A stretch of 63,881 bases of DNA, filler included, from Pelomyxa schiedti (lineage: Eukaryota > Protista > Evosea): assembly GCA_020536535.1 (NCBI GenBank). It is 9 parts of 9 records of this genome, joined end to end, with 100 filler letters (N's around TTAATTAATTAA, not from the genome) between each part and the next. Parts side by side here need not be neighbours in the genome. Positions count along the whole stretch, not along the records: positions 6,433 to 38,402 come from JAHLWZ010000995.1; 8 more parts are not named here. One strand, written 5' to 3'. Position numbers and translations under genes: made by a program. How positions within the stretch are numbered: the stretch's first letter is position 1; every line of letters starts with the position of its first letter. Positions 23,839 through 35,003 of the stretch are shown here, piece by piece. Under the pieces are notes generated by a model. It was not told where the DNA came from. It saw only the letters and a program-made list of their open reading frames with translations, and did not search any database.

Positions 23839-25443
23839 TTAAGACAAGAGACACTTCACAGTTTCGAAAAGTTGATCTGCTGCGTCACACGAGTTTTCCA
23901 CGCACGTGACACCAACTTCAGAGACCGGCCCCAATGTGCTGAGAATGTGGAAGAATGCCCCAGTCTTTCTGTCTCCTTGCGGGAACAGCAGGCCTCTCCG
24001 GCTGAGCTCCTCCACGACCGAGTCGGCGGTTCCCTGCGCTCTGAGCTCCTCGCGGCAGTGCATGCTGTCAGTTGACACGTAGCACTTGTGAATCGGAGGC
24101 GTGTGTAGTGGTGATGGAGCGGGTGGGGCGAGGAGGAAGCCGGTTGTCTCGTCGTAGGTGCTGTTTGTGAGGTGGGACACGCAAATCATTGGGTACGTGG
24201 TGGCGCACTTGCGGGCGTTTATCTCTATGGCGTAGAGGCTCCACTTGTTGGTGTCGGAGCCAAGCACGGCGACTGTGTCGACGCTGAAGAACCCGCGGAC
24301 GCCTTTCAGTGATAGCTCTCTTCCGACTCTCTCGCCGTAGTCGTGTAACTCGGCAAAGTAGTCGCTGTTGGCTGGAAAGCAGCATCCAATGTATTTGCCC
24401 TTGTCCCCAGAAATCTTCTGCTCATGAGTGGAAACGATTTGCACTCTTCCAGAAGGGTGTATTGTGGCTTGCACACTGGGGCTGGTCTTGTCGCGGTCAG
24501 TTTCAATGAATTCCTCCACAATGGCACCGGCTCGCGCCAGTTCACTTGTCCATGCCTCCCAGTGTTCTACGGCAAGTGGTAAGCTTTCTTGAATAGCCTT
24601 ATGCAGTTCGGGGGTTTCCATCGTCTCATAATCTGAGGGTAAAGGAATTACTACATTCCCTCTTCCTGATATTCCGTCATCAATTTTTACAATGACCCTC
24701 TTTGGGTTCACCTGAATATAGGAATTACAATTTTGCTCCCCCCGTACTCTCATGCACAGAGCTAAAATTTCCCGTGCGAGTTCCGATGGGTTCATGCACA
24801 GCCTTGAGCTTCCTCGAGCGTGGGGGAGTCCGAGCCAGGCAAATATTTCTCTGGATCCGCTCTTTGTTCCCCAGTCTCTACTAGCAGTTCCTTGGCAACA
24901 CAGCGGTATACCCAAAGCTTTCGCCAAAGATATATCCAAGTCAGTCTGTGCATAAGTTTCCAGCACACAATAGTCTGCGATCGGCGGAGCGCTCACTTGT
25001 TCCAGAGTGGATGTCAACTGCCTCAGAAGAAGAGGGCTTTCCACAACTCTTCTTGTGAGAACCTTGAGGGGTTCTCCAGTGACAGCAGGCGGTGACACCA
25101 ATATTACCCTTTCAAATGGGTCAGAAAAAGTGCATCCAGAGGAGACTACAAGATCTCGATAGTAGGACAATATGTCACTAGAGAGAGGGAAACTGCTCAG
25201 AAACACCATTCGCCTTTCCGGATCTGCTAGAGTCAACAACAGCTCTCCAACAAGAGCGCGCTCGTCGTAGAAATGACGAATATTAGACACTTCACGCATC
25301 TCCTCGCACACTGTGAGGCAAAAAGCCACCAAAACTACGTTACGACTTCTCGCACTCTCTTCACCAAGATCCAGATCTGGCACAGGCCTCCCGGTGCTTG
25401 CTAGACAATCGCGCAGCTGTATCATCGCTATTTTGTTTTGCAA
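23839..25443 (-). CDS. Intronless ATP-grasp peptide ligase, PGM1-related (pre-ATP-grasp + ATP-grasp + PGM1_C-like)
   Basis: 534-aa ORF with FYDERAL, WGTKSGSREIF, VIVKIDDGISGRGN, IVEEFIE, SPSVQ, STHEQ, YIGCCFPA, AIEINARKCATTYP, YVSTDS and TGAFFHILSTL, colinear with the bacterial PGM1-family consensus as I recall it. Confidence 0.85.
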   Translation of the reverse strand: MQNKIAMIQLRDCLASTGRPVPDLDLGEESARSRNVVLVAFCLTVCEEMREVSNIRHFYDERALVGELLLTLADPERRMVFLSSFPLSSDILSYYRDLVVSSGCTFSDPFERVILVSPPAVTGEPLKVLTRRVVESPLLLRQLTSTLEQVSAPPIADYCVLETYAQTDLDISLAKALGIPLCCQGTASRDWGTKSGSREIFAWLGLPHARGSSRLCMNPSELAREILALCMRVRGEQNCNSYIQVNPKRVIVKIDDGISGRGNVVIPLPSDYETMETPELHKAIQESLPLAVEHWEAWTSELARAGAIVEEFIETDRDKTSPSVQATIHPSGRVQIVSTHEQKISGDKGKYIGCCFPANSDYFAELHDYGERVGRELSLKGVRGFFSVDTVAVLGSDTNKWSLYAIEINARKCATTYPMICVSHLTNSTYDETTGFLLAPPAPSPLHTPPIHKCYVSTDSMHCREELRAQGTADSVVEELSRRGLLFPQGDRKTGAFFHILSTLGPVSEVGVTCVENSCDAADQLFETVKCLLS

Positions 25444-25686
25444 ATAGTCCGGTATCTTTTTCCTTGCTTTTTATTCTGCCGGAAGGTACAATGTCAATTG
25501 GGAATTTTCCGAGTAGGCAACGTTGCCGGGAACACAAGAAAAAAGAAAAAAAATATTATTATTAGATTCAAGGAAGCGGTTTACGCCCGTGTCCATCAAA
25601 ATGAGAAAAGCAAAAGAATCACTGCGTGAACCAACCACAAATCTGATATCAGTGCTTTTCTCATCTTGATGATCACGGGGATTTTC

Positions 25687-28498
25687 TCAACCAAGGAAGG
25701 AGAGCACACCGTAAATCTCGAAGCCGGATATCACGAGGTAGTTTTTGCCGTGTGAGTTGTGTCCAGTCATTGTCACCCGAAACATTCTGAAGGACGGTGA
25801 GGATGAAGAAGGCGCTGGTGGGACATCCCAGGACCCAACATAATATGCTCCATTGATTGTCACGTCATTCGTGTGTCTCGTGAGGGTCGTCCAAGTCGTG
25901 CCGTCGTTTGATCCCCTCAGCTCCCAGTTCCGAACGTAATGGCCGCTCTGGCTATGCCTGATTGAGTACTTTGATGGCTTCACTGAACCTCCGCAGGGCC
26001 TCAGGTCCACCTGCCACCAACTGCTTCCCAGGCCCTGGTCGTTGGTGCAGTTGTAGTCCCTGCAGTCGCGGTCGAGCACGCGGTGCGGGGCGCCGTTGTT
26101 GTCGCTGGACCACGAGGCTATGACGAGGCCGGAAGTGTGGGGGTTGACGTAATTGTGGGTGTGGTTGTCGGGGTTGTGCCGCGGGTCGGGCGTGGTCCCA
26201 AGCCACCAAATGATGCCTTGTTGGTCCCAATTGTTGCTGAATGTGAATTCACGTGTAAACACTGTGTGTGTTGGGAAATTGGTTCAGAGTTAGTGATGGC
26301 CAAACATACAGTTCTCTGAAACAGTAATACAAGAGTTGATGGATTGGCGGTATACATACTGTTTGGTGTTGATAGAGCCACGACGGGGGAATTCCTTCCA
26401 TATATTCCATCTGACTCAGCCCTCACACTCACCAGGTATGTGGTTCCCCTCGTTAGGCCACCAACTTTGATTATGGGGTCACTGCCACACTTGAACTGTT
26501 GACACTGCTGCTGTTGAAGTGCCTTGGATACAAACACTGTGTATCCCGTAACTGTGATTCTTGATTGTGTACTGTTGATGTTATTTGCGGTTTGCACTGT
26601 TGGAGGAGGGTCCCATGAGAGACTGAGGGATGTTGATGTTGCTTGAGACAGTTTAGGTTCCCCCGGTGCACCGATCGCTTCTTCTATTTTGTGGTTGGAG
26701 TTTGTTTGGTGATGAATAAAAGTGAGCCAGACACACCAGGAGGGAGAATGACACCCAGCGAGGATATTGCTTCACAGCACGCAGTTTTGTCAAGAATTGA
26801 AAAAACGGCACCACTTTGACATGGTTGGAGGTTTCGCGAATCTGAAAGAGCCTTTTCCAGAGTCTTTTTATTTGCAATTGAGGTAAGTTTGGTTGCTTCG
26901 AGGGAAAGTTGTGACTGACCTCAAGAGTATCTGAGGAACGTTTGTGAGCACTGATAACGGAAATGTTTGAGGAAGACTGCATCGCAGACAGAGAATTGGA
27001 AGAGGTCCTTTCAATATTTTCCAAAATCGTGGAAAACATTGATTTCTGCCTGCTCAGGGAATCAACTAGAAACCCCCCAAACGTGTGAGTTAGAGGACGA
27101 GGGTTGTGTGGTGTGCCGTTGGTGATTATTATTATTTATTGATTATGATTATTTTTCCCCAAGTACATTGTTGGTTCCACACACACCTGTTTGTGCACAA
27201 ATGGATGATGAACTTTTCTTCAGGAACTCAATTCTGTTTCTCAACAGAACCTGCAGTTCTGCTCCAACCTTGTCCACTTCCGCTTGAAACTCCGCATGCT
27301 TCTGTGAATATAGAAAGAAGAGAGAGGGTGAGATCACGACAGCGCGAAGAGGACAACTTGATCGACAGAAGCAATCAGTTGGTCCAATTGTTGCACTGCC
27401 ACCTCCACGTTCTTCTTTTGGTCAATGATCCGCTTCGAAAGCGATGGCAGCTCCAACTTGCTTGACATACTTTGTTTGGAAAGTTCTATAAATTTGTGCC
27501 CCTTTTTTCTTGGTTAACGGTTGATCGAGTCAGGGAAAATAAGGACGTGGGAAAAAAAAAGGAGAAACCTGGTGTGAGGTAGCAGCACACAAAGAGCACA
27601 GAAGATCCGCGCAATCCGCGCAATACAATTCAATTTCCTTCTTTGGGTGCTTCGGGCAGTTGCCTGTGTGACTGTTGTGAGGAATAAAATGTCCCTAGGA
27701 ATTGGGAATTGATTGGTATTTGAACTTACTGTTTATCTCGGGAACCGCTTGCTCTAAGGGGAGCTTCAGATGAGATGCAGCACTGCGCCTCTTGTGAGCT
27801 TCTTCCCAACATCTGTCACACAATGATCCACATGCAGTGCAATGTGCGGTTGCTTTTTTATCACAGTCAACGCATGAAACTGCTCCACCTGTTCTCGTGA
27901 GTGCATAGCTTTTCTTAGTTTTGAAATCAACAATAAGAAAGGGGTGGTGGTGTGAGCATAACAATAAAAAACCCAACAGACCTGTTTTTGCCTGTTCCCT
28001 CTGCTGCAGTAGCTCAGCGAGTTGAGTGTTTGGTTCCAATTCTTTCATGCACACTGTCACTGTTGTCACTGCAGAGCACTTTGGGCACTTCACTCCAACG
28101 GTTCCATGATCCTGCCACAGTCCACAGGCAAAGCCCACAAAAAAAATATGAGAATGTGAGAAACCACACCCGCGGTGCAGAAATACACACGGGGTTGTAC
28201 GACGACGCCGAGTCACAAGCATCACCACTTGTGGCACCCGTTGGTGCTTTTGACGTCGCACCCGCGCCACAGGCGTAGCCGCCATCACAATTATGGCTCA
28301 GAGGCACGGCAAGAGCATACTGTTTGGCCACGCAACTGACAACACACCCTCGGCACATGCTGTCCCCGCACTACAATATGACAAGGCAAAAACAAGGAAT
28401 ATGAGTACCTGGAAGAGAACTGGGTCATTGAACACTCCCAGGCAAAACGGGCAGCACAGACTCGTGGCCCCGGAAGCAACCGATGTTGACCCTGCCAT
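25687..28498 (-). CDS. TRIM-like protein: RING, two B-boxes, coiled coil, FN3, HECTD1-type SUN / galactose-binding-like domain (paralog 1)
   Basis: CPFCLGVFNDPVLFQ-CGDSMCRGC...CPKC, CVDCDKKATAHCTAC, CPKHPKKEIELYCADC, FN3 SLSLSWDPP...TTYLVSVRA and C-terminal WDQQGIIWWLGT...WWQVDL...RNWELRGSNDG...ISGFEIYG. Confidence 0.85.
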
Positions 28499-29318
28499 TT
28501 GTTGTAATGAGACGAAAAGGAAGTCGACTTCCACTTTTCCTTTTTAAGCAATTTGTGGGTTCCAATTTTTTCTTTCGTACTTGAAAATACGAATCCTCTA
28601 AGCTGAAAACCCTGACACTGTTGTCTGAACCCTCGGATCAAATTGAGTGGGTAACCCAGGTGCTTGCGGTGTCTGAGAAAGTCTGGTGACAGAGCGATCG
28701 GCGCTCACAACGAAGGAAAGGTCCTGCTCATTCCGGTATACAACAGGGACTTCCTCGACCGACCAGTCCTCCCCCGTTCTGCAACGCCTACAAAGCATCG
28801 GGGTGATTTCACGGTCGGCTAAGTCTTCATTAGAAATCATTGGACTTACCGTCTCATTCTGAATCTCAACAAAACAGATTACTGTCTTGCAACAACTGCA
28901 CCAAACCTTGGAGGGTTTTGTAGAGAATAAATTGGTGTGTGTGTTACCGTGGATTGGTTCTTTGGGTTGTGAGTATTTGTGGAGTTGTTTCCACTACAAT
29001 CTCCTGTCCCTGGAAGATGAAAAAAATTCCAAAAGTAAAACTATTTTTAGTTTGTGTTTGCAGAGATTGGTTTCCTACAATTGGTGGACTTCCACACACA
29101 CTAGTTTGGGAGTGTTGAGGTGTGGAAATTATGTAGCCAGAAGGTTGTGTTGTCTTTGCTGGTTGGGGTTAGGGTATCCTGAATAAAACATCATCAATTT
29201 CCGTTATGTGGATCCCATCCCAGAGGAAATTGCAGGAACTCCAAGGAAACAACCGACCGCAAAACTCCAAAAGAAGAGCTGGAATTCGTTTTAACCTGGT
29301 TATTTTATTGAGCCACAT

Positions 29319-32300
29319 ATGTACAAATGGGAGCGCATCCAGATGGGCGTGGGAGAATCACTGGAGACAATACGTTGTGCACTAGAGCACCCTAAATGTG
29401 CCTGTAAACGTCTTGAATTAAGTGGCATGCCCCAACTCCTCTGACCAACTGACTCTCACTCACAACAAACAAGGCAACAAATTTGGTGACGAGGGTGCAG
29501 CGATCATTGCACGAGCACTTTCGTCCAACAACTCACTTGTGTCCCTGGATCTTTCCAGTATGTCGTTATCGTGTGCCCACTCATTCCTCCTTTCCTCCCA
29601 ACTCCTCTGACCAACTGACTCTCACACAAACAACCAAGGCAACAAAATTGGTGACGAGGGTGCAACGATCATTGCGCGAGCACTTTCATCCAACAACTCA
29701 CTTGTGTCCCTGGATCTTTCCAGTATGTCGTTACTGTGTGCCCATTCATGCCTCCTTTCCACCCAACTCCTCTTACCAACTGACTCACTCACAAACAACC
29801 AAGGCAACAAAATTGGTGACGAAGGTGCAGCCAGTATTGCACAAGCCTTTTCATCCAACAACTCACTTTTGTCCCTCAATTTGGAGTGTATGTCGTTGGC
29901 GCGTCTACTAATCATGCCTCCTTTCCTCCCAACTCAGATCAACTGACACACTTACAAACAAACAAGACAACAACATTGGTGATCAGGGTGCAGCAGGATT
30001 TGCACATACACTTTCATCCAACAAGTCACTTATGTCCCTTGATCTTGGCAGTATGTCGTTGGCGTGTGCCAATCATGCCTCCCAATCGGATAAACTGACA
30101 TTCACTCAAACAAACAAACAAGACAACAACATTGCTGCTGAGGGTGCAACGAACATTGCCCAGGCACTTTCATCCAACAAGTCACTTATGTCCCTAGATC
30201 TTTCTCGTATGTCTTTGTAGTGTGCCCACTCATTTCTCCTTTCCTCCCAACTCCTTGAACCAACTGACACACACTCACAAAAAAAAAGACAACAAAATTG
30301 GTGATCAGGGTGCAGCCAGTATTGCACGGACAATTTCATCCAACAGGTCACTTGTGTACCTCGATCTTGGCAGTATGTCGTTGGCACGTTCCAACCCGTT
30401 CCTCCTTTCCACCCAGCTCCTTGGACCAACTGACTCTCACTCACAAACAAACAAGGCAACAAAATTGGTATTGGGGGTGCAGCCAGTATTGCATGGGCCC
30501 TTTCATCCAACAACTCACTTGTGTCCCTCGATCTTGGCAGTATGTCGTTGATGTGTCTGCCAATCACACCCCCTTTCCTCCCAACTCCTCTGACCAACTG
30601 ACAAACAAGACAACAATATTGGTGCTGAGGGTGCAGCCGGTATTGTACAGGCACTTTCATCGAACAATTCACTTGTATCACTGGATCTTTACAGTATGTG
30701 ACTAACGTGTACCACCCGTTCCTCCTTTCCTCTCAACTTCACTCACAAACAAAAAAGGCAACAATATTGGTGATGAGGGTGGGGTGCACATTGGACGGGC
30801 ACTTTCATCCAACAACTCACTTGTGTCCCTGATTCTTTGTGGTACGTGTGCCCACTGGTTCCTCAATTCCTCCCAACTTTTTGGGCCACTGACACTCACA
30901 AACAAGTCAACAATATTGGTGATGAAGGTGCAGCGAGCATTGCACAGGCACTTTCAGCCAACAACTCACTTGTGTCCCTGGATCTTTCCAGTATGTCGTT
31001 GGCGTGTGACCCATTCCTCCTTTCTCTGCCAACTCCTCTGACCAACTGCCACACTCTCACAAACAACCAAGTGAACAAAATTGGTGATCAGGGTACAGCC
31101 GGTATTGCACGGGCCCTTTTATCCAACAATTCACTTTTGTACCTTAATCTTACAAGTATGTCGTGGTCACGTTATCATTCATTCCTCCTTTCCTCCCAAC
31201 TCCTCTGACCAACTGACACTCGCTCACAAACAACCAAGGCAACAAAATTGGTGATGAAGGTGCAGCCAGTATTGCACGGGCCCTTTTATCCAACAATTCA
31301 CTTTTGTACCTCCATCTTAGCAGTATGTCGTGGTCACGTCATCATTCATTCCTCCTTTCCCCCTCTGACCAACTGACTCTCACTCACAAACAAACAAGGC
31401 AACAAAATTGGTATTGGGGGTGCAGCAGGATTTGCACATACACTTTCATCCAACAAGTCACTTATGTCCCTTGATCTTGGCAGTATGTCGTTGGCGTGTG
31501 CCAATCATGCCTCCCAATCGGATAAACTGACATTCACTCAAACAAACAAACAAGACAACAACATTGCTGCTGAGGGTGCAACGAACATTGCCCAGGCACT
31601 TTCATCCAACAAGTCACTTATGTCCCTAGATCTTTCTCGTATGTCTTTGTAGTGTGCCCACTCATTTCTCCTTTCCTCCCAACTCCTTGAACCAACTGAC
31701 ACACACTCACAAAAAAAAAGACAACAAAATTGGTGATCAGGGTGCAGCCAGTATTGCACGGACAATTTCATCCAACAGGTCACTTGTGTACCTCGATCTT
31801 GGCAGTATGTCGTTGGCACGTTCCAACCCGTTCCTCCTTTCCACCCAGCTCCTTGGACCAACTGACTCTCACTCACAAACAAACAAGGCAACAAAATTGG
31901 TATTGGGGGTGCAGCCAGTATTGCATGGGCCCTTTTATCCAACAATTCACTTTTGTACCTCCATCTTAGCAGTATGTCGTGGTCACGTCATCATTCATTC
32001 CTCCTTTCCCCCTCTTACCAACTGACACTCGCTCACAAACAACCAAGGCAACAAAATTGGTGATCAGGGTGCAGTGATCATTGCACAAGCACTTCCATCC
32101 AACAACTCACTTTTATCTCTGCGTCTTGTCAGTATGTCGTCATAAGCCATTCATTTTTCCTTTCCTCCTAACTGACACACACAAGACAACGAAATGGATG
32201 AGAAGGGTAAAGCAAGCATTTCATGGACACCATCCAACAAGTCACGTGTACCCGGGTGTTTCTACAGTATGTAAGTTCTCATTTCCTCCTAGTCCAATTG

Positions 32301-34804
32301 ACAGGCAAACAAAGGGACCGAAAAAGAGTCACAGTCTACACCACAATTTATGTGGTTTTCCTGGTTAGTGCGTGCTACTTCTCCAATTGCTTCTATCTTG
32401 GTCTTGTTACGGGCAGAGTACAGCCATGCCTTTGTGGGTAAGACACAATACCAAATGATTTACCTTGGAATGGGTTTGCATATCATACGACTGGACAACC
32501 CAAGGATGCACAATCCGTTGGTGGATCTCTTTGCCATTCCCATTGAGATCCCAGACTCATGTTTCTCACCTCAAACACCATTTCTGAGCACTAATTCTCT
32601 CGAAGGTTCATATCCCAGTCCGAAGTCCATTGCCATTGGTGTGTAGTTTACCCCAACTGGGTAAAAAAATAAACAGGAATACCACACAGGCAAAAAATAC
32701 TCTGAGATTAATTCATGTGACCCTCCTCCTTCATCTTTGAGCCTAGTATTATCTGATCTCACCCATAAGTTGGCTTCCATGTTAAGGGACGAATTCCCAC
32801 AGCAATTGCAGACAGTTCCACAATCCACCCAGTCATTCCATGATACATTGATACCAGCGGCACTTCCTCCTATTTGTGCAACGAAAGTGATAACATCTGG
32901 GCCACTCCTGGTCACAAGAACTACCAACAACCAAGCTAGCACAAGAAGAAGTAATATTACTGCAGAAGAAGAAGGAGTGTTTTTGGAGTCTGTCAATGAA
33001 GTCTCCGTGTTGATCAAAACAATAAAACTGGCACTGGTGCAGGTATTTCAAATCTTTTCTCTTTGTTTAATCATGTGTCTTTGCAGGAAAAAGAACTTCA
33101 GTTGGTTTGTCTTCATTTATCTTTTTTTTCCAAAACACGCTCCCCAACGCTACACCTTCTTACCTTCTGCAGTATTATCAAAAGTTCACTTCTTTCATCG
33201 ATTTCAGCTATATGAGAGCCATTGAGATGGGTGACATCGACATCCCTTCTGCAAAGGTTTGAAGCCTTTCATTGGTCACTTTTTTCACTCCAACACAAAA
33301 AAAAAAGATTCTTGGAGTTGGATGCAACGGAACCACGAGCAGTGTGATGCTAAAACCAACAAACGACTGGCATATTCCAAGGAAGATGATTGAGCAAGGT
33401 GTGGCATTGAAGATGATGTTCAACTTGGAGTTTCGGCCAGGCAGTGTTGGAACCACAGAGCATCAGAGGAACCGATTTGACAAAGAGTACTACTCACTCA
33501 TTCAAAACACGCACTGGGGTGTGGCCAACATAATCAGTTTTTTTCGTAGTTACACACAGGTCTCCCCCAACAGAAACATCACCAACGTGTTTGCTGACCA
33601 CCATTCAAAAAAAGGAAGAGTTGATCCCAAGAGACAGAAAAATGTGCTTGGTTTCATCAGAGACAGGGACCCCAGTGGATCCAAGTCCCCACAACCACCT
33701 AAACTGTGTGTCAATATATGACAGAACGACATTCATCACACAGGAACTTGGATCAACCACCCTTGAAAAGACCATGCAACAGTTGATGTTACTAACAGCA
33801 TCATCATTACCACAGCAGCAGAATCGCACCGTTCCAGTTGCAACCAAAACTGCAACTGCAACCACTATCCTTCTTCCTCTTGGAATGACTAAAACTTTGG
33901 AGAACACCTTCCAGCTGCTTTCAACAGTGGACCATCTCAATAACTCATGCGGATTGTTCCACCTGGACATCAAGTCCGACAACATCCTCTTCCTTGAGAG
34001 ACCCGGCTTCACAGGCCAGTTCACTGTTCTGTGTGACTTTGGAACCTCAGTGAGCATCAACCCTTCTTCAGTAAGTGGTGTCACACCCGGGATGCTAGTA
34101 CTGGGTCTCAATGAGGTGCCGGAAGGAAACATTCTCAACAGGGCACCAGAAGCACTGAGACCAGTTTCACTGCAACCGAGGTTTTACAAACTCCCCTCCC
34201 GTCTTTTTTTTCACACTGACCTTCACACACCCACATGCTTGTCAGGTCAAGCACATTCAATGTGTCCAAGACCGACCTGTGGGCTGTTGGGTGTGTTGTG
34301 TGGCAGATGTGCTTCGGGACCACGCCGTTTACGAGCGAGGAAGCGATCACATCCAAGCCACTTATGATCCCGGCTGGTCTCCTCCGCGATTGCCCGTGCC
34401 TGTTCCATCTCCTCAAGCGGGTGTTTGACAGGAAGCCCGCAACCAGGCCCTCTGCCGGCCTCGCCTCCATCTTCGTCGGTTCGCACCTCTTCCTTACCGA
34501 TATCAACGACCTCATAACCCGCATCAAATCCACTGCCTCCGCTTCCGCTTCCAGTTCCCCATCCGCATCCGCATCCTCATCCATATCCGGCAATGCATCG
34601 TCAGGTGTGGAGTCTGTCATTGAACAGAGGTTGTGTGCTCTTAAATCACTGACGTGTGCTGACATTGACGCAATGATGGAACAGCAGAAGCACCTGGATT
34701 GGAAGGAAAGGACGATTCCAGTGAGGTTCTTCCTGCAGATGGTTTTCCTCAATCAGGCAACCCCTGCCCTCATCCTCCTTGCCCTCAACACCTTTTACCC
34801 TTAA
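29319..34804 (+). CDS. LRR-kinase: 17 single-exon RNI-type LRRs (plus 1 degenerate), linker, PINK1-like kinase
   Basis: The ATG exon is MYKWERIQ...LEHPKCACKRLEL, followed by 84-nt phase-1 LRR exons. Manual splicing stays in frame through RQTKGPKK, EYSHAFVG, GKKYSEINSC, EKELQL and YYQKFTSF into ILGVGCNG, ALKMMFN, FHLDIKSDNIL, LCDFG, GNILNRAPE, KTDLWAVG and RPSA. Confidence 0.75.
29474..32266 (+). repeat. Tandem exon+intron array (period ~150-167 bp), one LRR per 84-nt exon
   Basis: Exons checked at 29474-29557, 29639-29722 and 32048-32131 are each 84 nt. The introns are homologous too (gtatgtcgt...ttcctcctttcc...ccaactgac...acaaacaag). Confidence 0.95.
31418..31935 (+). repeat. Apparently exact 518-bp copy of 29986-30503 inside the LRR array
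   Basis: Offset 1432. The ORF-track translations 30032-30220 and 31464-31652 are identical, and the introns are identical by eye. Confidence 0.85.
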
Positions 34805-35003
34805 CTGAGGCAATCCCCGTGAACCACAAGCGGACTCGTAAGCCAAGACACCGTGCTGGACCGCCGACTCAGACCACCATCGCCCGGCTACGTGTACAAC
34901 CTTCCCAACAGAAACGGGGCTACGATTACACCATAAATTACGCCGCAGGAAAAGAGTTTAGTTTGAATGATGTGGGGTTTGTGTAACTGTACATTGTGTG
35001 GTG

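Noticed and set aside
28598-29190. Possible small minus-strand gene with WCSCCK and LCRRCR motifs
   Set aside because: I could not find a splice path that keeps both Cys motifs in one frame, so it is left uncalled.
29474-32266. Regular direct repeats with variable spacers resembling a CRISPR array
   Set aside because: The units are 84-nt coding exons bounded by AG/GT, the intervening sequences are homologous introns rather than unique spacers, and there are no cas genes.
32571-33017. Minus-strand ORF with a TM-like stretch and FYPVGVNY (glycoside-hydrolase-like), plus a frame with several in-frame TGA codons
   Set aside because: It lies antisense to linker exons that splice cleanly into the LRR-kinase gene. 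Other genes here end in TGA, so there is no support for stop-codon recoding.
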